Virus genome (UHGV): UHGV-0319989
From: a virus
DNA: 38,413 nucleotides
Reading direction: 5' to 3' (one strand)
Position 1 is the stretch's first letter; the number at the start of each line of letters is the position of its first letter. Below the pieces are notes generated by a model. It was given only the letters and a program-made list of their open reading frames with translations. It made no database searches and had not been told where the DNA came from. The position numbers and the translations under genes are program-made. This document shows, in pieces, positions 1 to 9,646 of this stretch.

Positions 1-126
1 ATGTCTGCACCTGCACTGCCTGATGTCAGAACAGTATTTTGATGAATTGCCAAGGTTACAATGGCACAAATACGGCACAGGAGGAAACGTGGTGTATTTA
101 AATATGGGGTAACTCTTTGATTTTAA

Positions 127-172
127 TGGTGCCGATAATAGGAGTCGAACCTACGACCTTCGCATTACGAAT
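127..172 (-). tRNA. Partial tRNA-Thr (3' portion only, anticodon loop to CCA); thrW-like prophage attachment-site core
   Basis: Reverse complement reads ATTCGTAATGCGAAGGTCGTAGGTTCGACTCCTATTATCGGCACCA: anticodon loop with CGT, T-arm GGTTCGACTCC, CCA end. No acceptor or D arm follows, so this is a truncated copy, as left at the distal end of a tRNA-integrated prophage. Confidence 0.6.
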
Positions 173-612
173 TATAAGAATCTGCTTCTAATTCAAAGTA
201 TTATCCCATCAACACTGCGCTCACACGTCCCACCACATCAAAACATGTAAAGCCTTGCAAGCCATTGCGAGGCCTTATGTGTCTCAGTTTTGTCCCACCT
301 TGTATTACGACTTGCATAGCCAATGAAGATAAACGTGACGACAAACGGCGCAGCAGTCTTCTTTTCCTTCATACTTTCCCCACCCAGCATGCATACCTTT
401 ATGCCATAACTGAAGTTTATGTCTGTTATGAGCGAGGAACGGACATTACTAACAGCATTCTGTGTGAATCACCAGGGAGCAGGTCAGCGCCACTACTCTA
501 TATAATCGCTAACGATGACAAGTATAATTATATAAGTCTTTGCCCTTAGCTTTTGGATAAAATTGTTGAAGTTTCACGAAAATAATGATAAACAAAAAAA
601 GTAGCAATAATA

Positions 613-1557
613 ATGGATTTAATTATGGAATGGAGATTTTTAGGTTCTCTATCAGAGGCCAGGAAATCTGGCTGTAGCGGAGTTTATCTTATTGTCCATA
701 AAGGACTTTTCAGTCGTGTGGTTTACGTTGGGGTAAGTTGTAATGTAGGTAGAAGGATAACCGAACATTACGACGGTTATCTTAGAGGAAATCGAACAAT
801 TTACGACGCTGGTCACGACGAAGACGTTTATCGCTTCATGTCAGCTTATAAAATTCATAACCACACAAAATACTATCAAGCCTTGGCGAATGATTATAAG
901 ATATGGGCATCTACCACAATGTATTCTGATTTGCCGAAAAACATGCTAGCAAAAAGCCAAACCTTTGATACTGATTGGCAGAGCATTGCATTAGAAAAAT
1001 ATATTCCTCAACTGGTAGTATGGGCCCTTCCAATGGCAAAATACTGTTATTCAAATGCAAGCAGGATTGAAAGTGTAATCCAATCAAAGCTCATTAAATC
1101 TTTTGATTTGAGAGGTTTTTTTAATATAAAGCAATTAAGCATATTGGGTAAAATTGAATATCCCTATATGGAAAAGGTCAAAGTTTTCATTATTAACACA
1201 CCTGATTTAGACCCGGCATCCCAGCTTATTTTTAGCAATCTATATAACAAAAAAACTGATAACAACTTCTGTAAAGAGTTCCGTTCACAATTTAAAAGCG
1301 AGATTTTTCAGAGGGAAAGTGAAACTCAGAGAAAGCGAACTATTAGGGAGCATAAGGTATCTCTTTATGAAAATTATGGCAAGCCTTGGACTTTAAAGGA
1401 AATGGAAAAACTTAGAGTCATGCTTGTCGATTTTGATTTGTCCCCGACAGAAATATCTGAGTATCTAGGAAGAGAGCCGCGCTCTATATCTAAAAAAATA
1501 AGCGAAAATGATAAAGTTACTAATTATAAATGGCGAGAGAGCGTCGGCTGGTTGTGA
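613..1557 (+). CDS. Hypothetical protein with GIY-YIG-like N-terminal motif and C-terminal HTH-like motif (homing-endonuclease-like architecture)
   Basis: 314-aa ORF in strongly AT-rich DNA. N-terminus GVYLIVHKG...RVVYVGVSCNVGRRITEH resembles the GIY-(x10)-YIG...R...E/H nuclease motif; C-terminus KPWTLKEMEKLRVML...SPTEISEYLGREPRSISKKI resembles a WTxEE-type HTH. Start codon uncertain (613 or 625). Confidence 0.55.
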   Translation: MDLIMEWRFLGSLSEARKSGCSGVYLIVHKGLFSRVVYVGVSCNVGRRITEHYDGYLRGNRTIYDAGHDEDVYRFMSAYKIHNHTKYYQALANDYKIWASTTMYSDLPKNMLAKSQTFDTDWQSIALEKYIPQLVVWALPMAKYCYSNASRIESVIQSKLIKSFDLRGFFNIKQLSILGKIEYPYMEKVKVFIINTPDLDPASQLIFSNLYNKKTDNNFCKEFRSQFKSEIFQRESETQRKRTIREHKVSLYENYGKPWTLKEMEKLRVMLVDFDLSPTEISEYLGREPRSISKKISENDKVTNYKWRESVGWL

Positions 1558-1705
1558 CGTTACGTTTTGATTGAAATAACCCCCATTTTGCAAAGTCCGC
1601 TCTTGGCACATAGCAGACCAGAGACACTGGCGTAAAGCCATGGAGGATCGGTGGGAGGAGGTAAAAATCCTCTCATGCAAAAAATACGCAAAATCGATAA
1701 CAGTT

Positions 1706-1786
1706 GGAAATCATTCAATACTCGCACTATCGGAAGTTCACCATCCAGCCGCAGCAAGTTCTTGCATACGACGTGTCAGCGGGTTC
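1706..1786. repeat. Copy A of an ~80-bp hairpin-containing repeat family at cargo-module boundaries
   Basis: About 87% identical by hand alignment to 4376-4458 (core CATCATTCAATAYTCGCACTATYGGAAGTTCACC...GTTCTTGCATAC(R)ACGTG); shorter related copy at 5438-5478. Confidence 0.6.
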
Positions 1787-1931
1787 AACTCCCGCCAGCT
1801 CCACCAATCATGATTGGACGGTGTAAGGACAACACCAACAAAAACAGGATGTTAGCAGTCTCAGCAGGACACCGACCAGACGGTGAGGAGACAAAAAAGG
1901 ATACGCAAAGGAGCCGCAGCTCCCGAGTGAT

Positions 1932-1961
1932 AAAAAAGCCCGCTTATGCGGGCTTTTTTTT
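1932..1961. terminator. Bidirectional rho-independent terminator
   Basis: AAAAAA-GCCCGC-TTAT-GCGGGC-TTTTTTTT: perfect 6-bp GC stem, 4-nt loop, A-run on one side and T-run on the other. Lies 10 bp beyond the stop of the minus-strand BRO-N gene. Confidence 0.8.
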
Positions 1962-1970
1962 CCCTCAAGC

Positions 1971-2732
1971 TCACTGACGTGTTCTTGCCTCAACTACTTT
2001 CTGGTATATAGCGATAGCTTCATCAACCAAAGCTAATGGATAGCAAGAATTTATATTCAATCCGGAGGGGCACTTAATTCTTTCTGCTCCACGTTCACTA
2101 CGCAATTTTTCACACCATTGCCAAAGCTCCTCAACCGAATAGGTATCCAAACCTAACTCCATCAATCGTTGAGGAACACTTCTGAACTGAGACAAATCTC
2201 TTAAACTTTCTAACGAGTTAACTTTTAGTTCAACTTGGTTTACTCTACTTTCTAACTCTTCACGTTTTTCTATTTCCATTACCAATGCTTGAACCGTCTG
2301 CTGCAGACTGTTAGCAAAAGCACTCAGTTCTGAACGTTCTTGCTTAGGTGGCGGAGGATATACACCAAATTCACGAATAGACGGAAGGACCTGATGAAAA
2401 AGCCAGCGTTGGAATTTTTTCCCCGCAGCAGTAGTATCCTGAGCAAGTACTCTATATAGACCTGGTTCAGTAAGAAATACCTCAGAGATAGTTTCACCAT
2501 CCACGACAAGAGAAACATTCCTAAACTCATCTGGATCTAAAGTTTTTATTACCGCTCTTATTACAGTGAGCAAGCTTTGAGAAGTCTTTCCATCCAGTTT
2601 TCTGTTCTCAGCAGAAAGCGTTCTTAGCACATCTGAAAGTGAAACAAAAATCTGCCCTTTTTCATTCATGCTACGGATATAATTTTCTCCACACTCTCCT
2701 TCGTAGCATAATTGTAACAAATTCTTTTGCAC
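1971..2732 (-). CDS. BRO-N domain protein (antirepressor-like)
   Basis: N-terminal region IFVSLSDVLRTLS...VVDGETISEVFLTEPGLYRVLAQD...KFQRWLFHQVLPSIREFGVY matches the BRO-N pattern (E.GLYRL..., VLP.IR..G.Y); C-terminal half is predicted coiled-coil. Confidence 0.55.
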   Translation of the reverse strand: MQKNLLQLCYEGECGENYIRSMNEKGQIFVSLSDVLRTLSAENRKLDGKTSQSLLTVIRAVIKTLDPDEFRNVSLVVDGETISEVFLTEPGLYRVLAQDTTAAGKKFQRWLFHQVLPSIREFGVYPPPPKQERSELSAFANSLQQTVQALVMEIEKREELESRVNQVELKVNSLESLRDLSQFRSVPQRLMELGLDTYSVEELWQWCEKLRSERGAERIKCPSGLNINSCYPLALVDEAIAIYQKVVEARTRQ

Positions 2733-3065
2733 GCCATCCCCTCCTTTTTTTATGGATTATACATCCTATAAACATGTTGTCACCGAAAGGGAAAAGCATA
2801 AACCCAATTTATGTTCCACAAGATGTTCAAAAATCAAACAACCATATAGCTGAGGAGCACAAAAGAGCAAAAGTTTACCAACCCCATATATCCATACAGC
2901 ACATACAATTGACACTACATATGGTATTTTTTAAGTTACGCCTTGCACCATTTCATGATTTTATGTAGATTGTCATCACACGCTGAGATTAAAAAATTCT
3001 ACAATTTTTGTTGATCTTGAGTTTGGTTTTTAGTATAAGTGAGCATGGATTGTAGGAGGCGCAAC

Positions 3066-3416
3066 ATGGTAACTAGCTTTGGTAAGACTCTCAGAAAAAT
3101 GAGAATAGACCGGGGTATGGTGCTCAAAAATATGGCTGATCTGTTAGGCGTTAGTTCGGCTTACTTATCCGCCATTGAATTAGGCAAAAGAGCTATACCG
3201 GACTCATTAGTAAATACGATTGCAACAACTTTTGAGCTTAGCGGACAAGACATCATCAATCTCAAGAAACAGGCAGAGATTTCTCAACCGTCCATTAAGG
3301 TTGATATGTCGGATGCAAATGAGCAGAACAAAGAACTAATGCTTGTTTTTGCTCGTAAATTTAAGGACCTGAGTCCAGAGCAACTCGATAAGCTTAATAA
3401 AATGTTAAAGGACTGA
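3066..3416 (+). CDS. XRE-family helix-turn-helix transcriptional regulator
   Basis: HTH MVLKNMADLLGVSSAYLSAIELGKRAIP. AGGAGG Shine-Dalgarno 6 nt upstream of the ATG at 3066 (the ORF-track start at 3039 lacks an RBS). Confidence 0.8.
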   Translation: MVTSFGKTLRKMRIDRGMVLKNMADLLGVSSAYLSAIELGKRAIPDSLVNTIATTFELSGQDIINLKKQAEISQPSIKVDMSDANEQNKELMLVFARKFKDLSPEQLDKLNKMLKD

Positions 3417-3419
3417 ATA

Positions 3420-3953
3420 ATGATTGCGAAACGAGAACTTGGCCATCGCGTTTCACCTCTCAGCACCAGCATGATTAAATCATACGCTCATCGTCTGAGA
3501 GACGTTCTTCAGATATCAAATCACACATATCTGAGACTGGATGTATTACTAGAAGGTCTTATGGCCTCAGAAAGCATTGAGCTAGAAATTGTTGAAGATC
3601 ATGAACTGCCCAAACGCTATGCAGTGACTTATCCAGATAAGAACAAAATTGTTTTACAGCGATCTGTTTACGATGCAGTGTGCAATGGTGAGAACCATGC
3701 GAGATTCACTGTTGCGCATGAACTTGGTCATTTAGTCATGCATCGCAATCAAAGTATCTATGCACGTAATAAGACTAGTGGAGGGCATAAAATCTATGAA
3801 GACAGCGAATGGCAAGCAGATGTTTTTGCAAGCCACTTCTTAATTGACTCAAGACTAGTTTTGCCCACAATGACTGTTGAAGATATAAGCAAAACATTTG
3901 GTGTCAGTCAACAAGCGGCTGAAACTTGGATGAGAAAAAATGCAAAAAGATAA
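3420..3953 (+). CDS. ImmA/IrrE-family (COG2856-like) zinc metallopeptidase
   Basis: HEXXH motif in FTVAHELGHLVMH with downstream E...SEWQADVFASHFL. ATG 3 nt after the XRE stop, so a coupled XRE-peptidase pair. Confidence 0.75.
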   Translation: MIAKRELGHRVSPLSTSMIKSYAHRLRDVLQISNHTYLRLDVLLEGLMASESIELEIVEDHELPKRYAVTYPDKNKIVLQRSVYDAVCNGENHARFTVAHELGHLVMHRNQSIYARNKTSGGHKIYEDSEWQADVFASHFLIDSRLVLPTMTVEDISKTFGVSQQAAETWMRKNAKR

Positions 3954-4078
3954 CGAAAAAGCCAGCGAACCGCTGTCGCTGGCTTCTCCTATCGTAAGCA
4001 AATACGAAAAACTTGGCGGTTGTGAGTATACGCTTACCTTAGGTTTTGTCAACAGCGAAACTTTACAGGTAACACGAT

Positions 4079-4222
4079 ATGACCATTGAAAAAGCTGTAT
4101 CTGAGGAATACATCACAATTTACCGTCCTTTTATTACGGTCAAAGGTAAACGGATCTTTGCTCGTCAAAAAGGCTTGGCAGCCTTTCCTATCAAAATTCC
4201 TGCCTCTAAGTATCGAGGATAA
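4079..4222 (+). CDS. Small ORF (47 aa), hypothetical, possibly a gene remnant
   Basis: ATG preceded by AGGTAA at good spacing; product MTIEKAVSEEYITIYRPFITVKGKRIFARQKGLAAFPIKIPASKYRG. Below the ORF-track length threshold; no family recognised. Confidence 0.25.
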   Translation: MTIEKAVSEEYITIYRPFITVKGKRIFARQKGLAAFPIKIPASKYRG

Positions 4223-4375
4223 TCTTTGCTAATCTTAGGCCCTTTTCTAGGGCCTTTTATTACACTTCTGTTACGCGCACCACAGATAGAGTTTCAGCTA
4301 AAACTTTTGTTCATACCTAGGAGTCTGCTGACGAGTGGTTTGTTCACTAATAAACACGTAAAAACGGTAACGGCT

Positions 4376-4458
4376 GGACATCATTCAATATTCGCACTAT
4401 TGGAAGTTCACCAGCCAGCCACAGCACGTTCTTGCATACAACGTGCCTGCGGTTTTTG
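4376..4458. repeat. Copy B of the ~80-bp hairpin-containing repeat (terminator-like 3' end)
   Basis: About 87% identical to 1706-1786; ends with imperfect stem GCACGTT...AACGTGC followed by TTTTT. Lies about 135 bp upstream of the GIY-YIG gene. Confidence 0.6.
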
Positions 4459-4547
4459 AGACCGGTCCGATCATCAAACGAAACATAAAATTAGCTCACA
4501 CTATGAGGAAAAGTATCTTTTTTTACTATGTAAATTCAAAGGATTAG

Positions 4548-5417
<870 letters not shown>

Positions 5418-5437
5418 GTCTTTAAGTGATAAGCATA

Positions 5438-5478
5438 AACCGCAGCACGATCTTCTTGCATACGACGTGCTACGGTTT
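5438..5478. repeat. Copy C (short) of the hairpin repeat; likely bidirectional terminator between convergent genes
   Basis: AAA-CCGCAGCACG-(16-nt loop containing TTCTTGCATACGA)-CGTGCTACGG-TTT, a 9/10-bp stem between the GIY-YIG stop (5417) and the invertase stop (5478); shares the core with copies A and B. Confidence 0.55.
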
Positions 5479-6032
5479 CATTTATCTCCGACCGGAAACT
5501 TCTTATACAGTGTCGATATACCAACATCATAGATGATCGCCACCTTCTGGCGAGGAACGCCTGATGCAATTAATCGCCCGGCCTGCGCCCATTGTTCTGG
5601 TGTAAGTTTGGGACGACGTCCACCAATTCGTCCCTGTGCGCGAGCAGCTTCCAGTCCAGCTTTTGTTCGTTCAACAATCAGTTCTCGTTCCATTTCAGCC
5701 AGGGCACCCATCACATGAAAGAAAAAGCGCCCCATTGGGGTACTGGTATCAATTGAATCCGTCAGACTACGAAAGTTGATGCCTCGTTCGTGCAACTCCT
5801 CCACCAGCACGACAAGATGCCGCATACTGCGCCCCAGTCGGTCCAGTTTCCAGACCACCAGCGTGTCACCTGCCGATAATGTCCTGAGCAGCTTTTTCAG
5901 TCCTGGTCTGTCGGACTTTGTACCGCTTATCTTGTCTTCAAAAATCAGCTCACATCCTGCACAGTTCAGCGCATTACGTTGTAGATCTGTGTTCTGGTCA
6001 TTTGTTGACACACGTACATAGCCAATAAGCAT
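5478..6032 (-). CDS. Serine DNA invertase, Hin/Gin/Pin/Cin family (tail-fibre inversion recombinase)
   Basis: N-terminus MLIGYVRVSTNDQ (catalytic Ser motif), resolvase core, C-terminal HTH GVPRQKVAIIYDVGISTLYKKF. GGGAGA SD upstream of the ATG at 6030-6032. Adjacent to the invertible segment. Confidence 0.9.
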   Translation of the reverse strand: MLIGYVRVSTNDQNTDLQRNALNCAGCELIFEDKISGTKSDRPGLKKLLRTLSAGDTLVVWKLDRLGRSMRHLVVLVEELHERGINFRSLTDSIDTSTPMGRFFFHVMGALAEMERELIVERTKAGLEAARAQGRIGGRRPKLTPEQWAQAGRLIASGVPRQKVAIIYDVGISTLYKKFPVGDK

Positions 6033-6086
6033 GGTAGATCTCCCTGACAAAAGCAGGAATGGTGCCATTTGCTCGTTATTTCTGCA

Positions 6087-6112
6087 TTTTCATAAACGTT
6101 GGTTTGGGAGAA
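6087..6112. other. gix/hix-like 26-bp inversion crossover site (invertase-proximal)
   Basis: TTTTCATAAACGTTGGTTTGGGAGAA: two half-sites around an AAAC..GTTT core; its reverse complement matches 7707-7732 at 21/26 positions. Confidence 0.7.
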
Positions 6113-6442
6113 GCCAGATATGTCATTCAGCGAGGAGCTAATGCCAATGGTGCGTGGATACGCTGGTCAGATGGTGCAATAGAAGTCTTTGGAACGGGGG
6201 GTTCTAATGATAATGGACTGGCTAAAGTCGTTTATCCAATTGCGCTACCTAAGCTTTCACGTTTTATCAGCATAGCGGAAAGAATAGGAACGGATTATGG
6301 GGGCACATCTAATAACGTTCACGTTTCAATGATCGTGGATGACCAGGTCACTAATACCGGTTTTTATGTCCGCTGCCAGATGTACGACGGAACACCATCA
6401 ACAAGTGCTTTTTCCTGGAGGGTTTATTGTGCGCCTGTTTAA
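6113..6442 (+). other. Alternative tail-fibre C-terminal variable segment (S'v-like), promoterless in this orientation
   Basis: Open frame continuing from the crossover site (...INVGLGEARY...), matching the ...ENLGLGEG... junction in the expressed tail-fibre gene. Inversion would fuse it to the constant part at 7733-8009. Confidence 0.6.
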
Positions 6443-6626
6443 TCCTGTTACTTTGACTGAAGTAATCCCCGGTCTTCATGACGTGACCGGGGCTGTTGAA
6501 TTACCAGAAGATAACTGGTTTTTTACTGCATCTGAAATCCCTGAAGGAATGGAAATATCTGTTAACGAGAAGGGAGAACCCATTCTGATTGAGATTAAAC
6601 CGTCTCAGGAGGAACTGGCCAGATGA
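6429..6626 (+). CDS. Alternative tail-fibre assembly ORF (tfa'), short, possibly truncated
   Basis: GTG start preceded by GGAGGG. Product VRLFNPVTLTEVIPGLHDVTGAVELPEDNWFFTASEIPEG... reads like a Tfa N-terminus but is only 65 aa and converges into the 3' end of the minus-strand tfa. Confidence 0.4.
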   Translation: MRLFNPVTLTEVIPGLHDVTGAVELPEDNWFFTASEIPEGMEISVNEKGEPILIEIKPSQEELAR

Positions 6627-7215
6627 CATCTGGCGCGGTGCTGGTATCTGTTGCCATCACCGCGTCAGTGTAATCCAGCACGGCGTTAAGTCGGGTGTTT
6701 TCTGCCTGCGTCAGCTTCCGTCCGGCCTGTAATTTCAGTTGAATCAGACTGATGGAAGCCATTGCTGCATCAATCAGTGACTGGCGCTGTGCTTCTGCCG
6801 CTTCTACTGCGGCGCTATGCTGTGCCTCAGTATTCGTCACCCATTTCTCACCATCCCATTTATCATATGGCGTTAACGGGGCGATAGTGGTTGTATTTTC
6901 AGGGTAATCACCCAGAGCTGTGATTTCTTTCGATTCTCCTGTTTCAGTGCTATAGATGATTTCACCGCGATGGTCTGGCACATATTCCCATGAGTTAAAA
7001 TCTGCAGAACGGCAGATTGCATAACCAGCTTTATGTGTAACTGGTGCATCTAAACAAGAACATGCCGGGATGCCGACGCCAACCGCAAGATATTCAGTTG
7101 ATGTGGAAAGATATTCCCGCGTCTTGCTGTCGTAGTTGTATATGACGACTTCACCCGCGACAGTCGCCAGTAGGGCCTCATTCAGTGTGACTGTATTCAT
7201 GGTATCCTCGCGCAT
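6595..7215 (-). CDS. Tail-fibre assembly protein (Tfa/U-like)
   Basis: Typical Tfa C-terminus ...DTSTAPDVIWPVPPETV; TAATG overlap with the tail-fibre stop. Start may instead be the internal ATG at 7200 (MNTVTL...). Confidence 0.8.
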   Translation of the reverse strand: MREDTMNTVTLNEALLATVAGEVVIYNYDSKTREYLSTSTEYLAVGVGIPACSCLDAPVTHKAGYAICRSADFNSWEYVPDHRGEIIYSTETGESKEITALGDYPENTTTIAPLTPYDKWDGEKWVTNTEAQHSAAVEAAEAQRQSLIDAAMASISLIQLKLQAGRKLTQAENTRLNAVLDYTDAVMATDTSTAPDVIWPVPPETV

Positions 7216-8009
7216 TATGCCGCCCTCACGATGTAGTTGAATGCAATATTACGAGGTCTGTTTTCTGTCGCTGTAGGAACAACTCTTGAGACATCCAAAT
7301 TAGCGTAAATATGACGATCTGTCATAGAAACTGATGACTTACCTGTAGATTCAGCTTTTATCACAACGGAATCATACATTCCCTCATCATTCCCAAAAAA
7401 TGCACCAGAGCCATTGCCAAAAAAATACAGTGCTGATATTTCATGCCTTGCACCAATTGTCCCCGTGATATTTCTGATTGCATCTCCCTGAGAGTTCAAT
7501 ATAGTTCGGCCCGAATCAACCCCACGCCCGTCATCCCAGCCGCGAATAAATTCACCGCGTAAATCAGGCAATTTATTTGTCGGGTAAGCCTTTGCCAGTT
7601 CCGGGTATTCTTCAGCAGAAAAAGCCGCACCATTGCATTTCAGCCAGCCTGTTGGCGGAGTGGCTGAAGGCCACGGAACAGGCACCCCAACAGGTAATGC
7701 TGAGCCTTCTCCCAAACCAAGGTTTTCGAGAGCCGTTTTCACCGTGCCATCCGATTTGATATCGCCAAACGGATTCTTGCGGCTTAACAGCAGCGCACGA
7801 AGCGCGGTAAGCAGCTGGTCGTGCCGCGCCTTCTCCAGACTGGCACCGGATGCCTCCACCACGCTACAAAGTTCTTCCTGCAACATGTCAAAGTAGTCAT
7901 CATCCAGATCGGTGGCAGGCGTGCCAGTCTGGGGGTTACCACGGGTAAAACCGTTCTTACCCGCGCCGAACTTATCCTTCTGCGCGGTTTTCGTGTCTAT
8001 ACGATGCAT
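7215..8009 (-). CDS. Tail-fibre protein (constant N-terminus plus currently expressed variable C-terminus)
   Basis: 264 aa, Gly-rich fibre-like sequence; contains the second crossover site at 7707-7732; followed by tfa. Confidence 0.75.
   Translation of the reverse strand: MHRIDTKTAQKDKFGAGKNGFTRGNPQTGTPATDLDDDYFDMLQEELCSVVEASGASLEKARHDQLLTALRALLLSRKNPFGDIKSDGTVKTALENLGLGEGSALPVGVPVPWPSATPPTGWLKCNGAAFSAEEYPELAKAYPTNKLPDLRGEFIRGWDDGRGVDSGRTILNSQGDAIRNITGTIGARHEISALYFFGNGSGAFFGNDEGMYDSVVIKAESTGKSSVSMTDRHIYANLDVSRVVPTATENRPRNIAFNYIVRAA
7707..7732. other. gix/hix-like 26-bp inversion crossover site inside the tail-fibre gene
   Basis: TTCTCCCAAACCAAGGTTTTCGAGAG, inverted relative to 6087-6112; together they delimit a ~1.6 kb invertible segment. 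Confidence 0.7.
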
Positions 8010-8012
8010 GGA

Positions 8013-8597
8013 TTACTCCGGATATTTAAAAATTACGTAGGTATGCGACGGGCAGAGTTTGTTAAGCACGCACTCGACAACGGTGTCGCCCCAGATACGC
8101 AGTGCGGAATCACAGGGATCGCCACATGTCATCCAGGTGGTGTTGGTGGCGGCTGGCATGTTGACCTGCCAGTAATACCGCCATTCCGGCGCATTCACCG
8201 CGTCAGTACAGGCCGATGAGCAGGTGAACGTGCTTTTGTCGTATCGCGTGATGGTAGCGTCTGGTCTGCCCAGGGCAGCAAGCTGTGCAAGGTAAAAATC
8301 CTCGTTGATGCCGCCCGCCAGGTTAACCTTCGCATCCAGTCGTTGCTGACGCTGGCGAAGGGTCTGTGTCCCTGCGGGAATACATTCATCCGGCAGACCG
8401 CACAGACGCTCCCAGCGGTTTATCAGTTCAGTGGTGGTGCGCGGATCCAGCTCCCGCATCAGGGCATCCGCACGCTGATGAACGCGGGTTAATGAAGGTG
8501 CCGCACCGGCAATCGCCGGATCGCTGGCTGACCATGCAGGACCGGGCGGCAACAGTGCCGATAACAGGCGGATGTAATCATCGTTTGTCACGTCCAT
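8013..8597 (-). CDS. Tail/baseplate protein, Mu gp48 / P2 gpI-like (DUF2313-type)
   Basis: 194 aa; position between the baseplate J-like gene and the tail fibre. Confidence 0.6.
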   Translation of the reverse strand: MDVTNDDYIRLLSALLPPGPAWSASDPAIAGAAPSLTRVHQRADALMRELDPRTTTELINRWERLCGLPDECIPAGTQTLRQRQQRLDAKVNLAGGINEDFYLAQLAALGRPDATITRYDKSTFTCSSACTDAVNAPEWRYYWQVNMPAATNTTWMTCGDPCDSALRIWGDTVVECVLNKLCPSHTYVIFKYPE

Positions 8598-9646
8598 GAA
8601 ATCGTCCCCAGAACCGCCAGTTCATTTTTTGCAATGGAGATATTGTCCGCCGGGGCAAGCAACTGATGGCTGTATTCCCCGTTCGCACCGGAAATCGCCT
8701 CACTGATACGCGATACCTTCAGTTCTCCCTGCGGATAACCATCACGCAGCAGGAACGAACGCAACTCGGCGGTGATGGCAGCCCGTATTTCCGGTGTGTC
8801 CGGCGTCACGCGGATATGAAAATCCACTTTATGCGCCACCGGCCTGAATACATACAAATCAGAGCCTGCCACCGGGGCCAGTGGCTCAATGTGTTGTCTT
8901 GCCGCCGTTTCCGTTGATTCTTCCGGAATGGGATTAATCAGGTCACTGCTGGCAATCATCACACCGACAGTTCCCGTTCCCATCCAGTGACGGTATGTCC
9001 ATGCGCGGGTAATGCCGGGCACTTCTTTAGCCCAGACGACATAGTCCCCGTCAGCCCCGCCCTGAGGCGTCCAGTAATACCGCTCAATGACGCGGGCGCG
9101 CCACGTTTCCAGCTCTTCAGTATCGAATCCGCCAGTCAGGGTATCTGCAACACCGGAAGACGGCAGACCATTCACCGGCGTGACCAGGATTAATGACGTA
9201 CCGTCGTCAGCGTTACCGACCGCGCCTGAACTTGAGCAGGCGATCGGCACGCGCAGGACACCACCGGAGCTGGTTGCATCGGCAGTTGCCGTGTACTGAA
9301 CCAGGTCATCGCGCTGAATAACACTCCCGGCGGTCACCTTCAGGCCATCGCTGACACCTTCCCAGCGCATATACCCGCTGGCAGCCGTGGCCCCCTTGCG
9401 CGGACACCGTTTCATCGCAGCATGTCGCGCCAGCCAGGACTCATCGCACAGGTCAGGCAGCATGTTCATTGCCAGATAATCGATGTACCCGTAAACCGTA
9501 TGCAGCGCCGCCGCATACACCTTTGCCCGCACGTCTTCATCCATGCGCCGGAGCGTGTCGCTGACGTCCAGCCTGGCGAATAAATCGTTACGGAGCATAC
9601 TGATATTTTCTGCCAGCGTCGGGCGCTGAAATTCACTGTCCGCCAT
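8588..9646 (-). CDS. Baseplate J-like protein (Mu gp47-like)
   Basis: 352 aa; size and position in a Mu-type baseplate operon. Confidence 0.65.
   Translation of the reverse strand: MADSEFQRPTLAENISMLRNDLFARLDVSDTLRRMDEDVRAKVYAAALHTVYGYIDYLAMNMLPDLCDESWLARHAAMKRCPRKGATAASGYMRWEGVSDGLKVTAGSVIQRDDLVQYTATADATSSGGVLRVPIACSSSGAVGNADDGTSLILVTPVNGLPSSGVADTLTGGFDTEELETWRARVIERYYWTPQGGADGDYVVWAKEVPGITRAWTYRHWMGTGTVGVMIASSDLINPIPEESTETAARQHIEPLAPVAGSDLYVFRPVAHKVDFHIRVTPDTPEIRAAITAELRSFLLRDGYPQGELKVSRISEAISGANGEYSHQLLAPADNISIAKNELAVLGTISWT

Noticed and set aside
265-549. 94-aa ORF just inside the att site
   Set aside because: Low-complexity, Cys/Leu-rich translation with no start context and no recognisable motif; more likely non-coding leader or promoter DNA for the gene at 613.
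1651-1977. 108-aa ORF spanning repeat copy A and the bidirectional terminator
   Set aside because: It reads straight through an ~80-bp repeat and a strong GC hairpin terminator; the translation is basic and low-complexity, typical of a spurious ORF.
3958-3990. Hairpin GCCAGCGA-ACCGCTG-TCGCTGGC after the ImmA-like gene as a terminator
   Set aside because: Good 8-bp stem, but the T-run is on the opposite strand from the gene it would terminate; only weak support as a plus-strand terminator.
4226-4459. 77-aa ORF overlapping repeat copy B
   Set aside because: Coincides with the repeat element, which occurs in a different frame in copy A, so it is not conserved as coding.
5478-6032. Serine recombinase considered as the prophage integrase
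   Set aside because: It is a small (~184 aa) resolvase/invertase-type protein with a C-terminal HTH, adjacent to inverted 26-bp crossover sites in the tail-fibre gene, so it is a DNA invertase, not a large serine integrase. The true integrase is probably outside the window.
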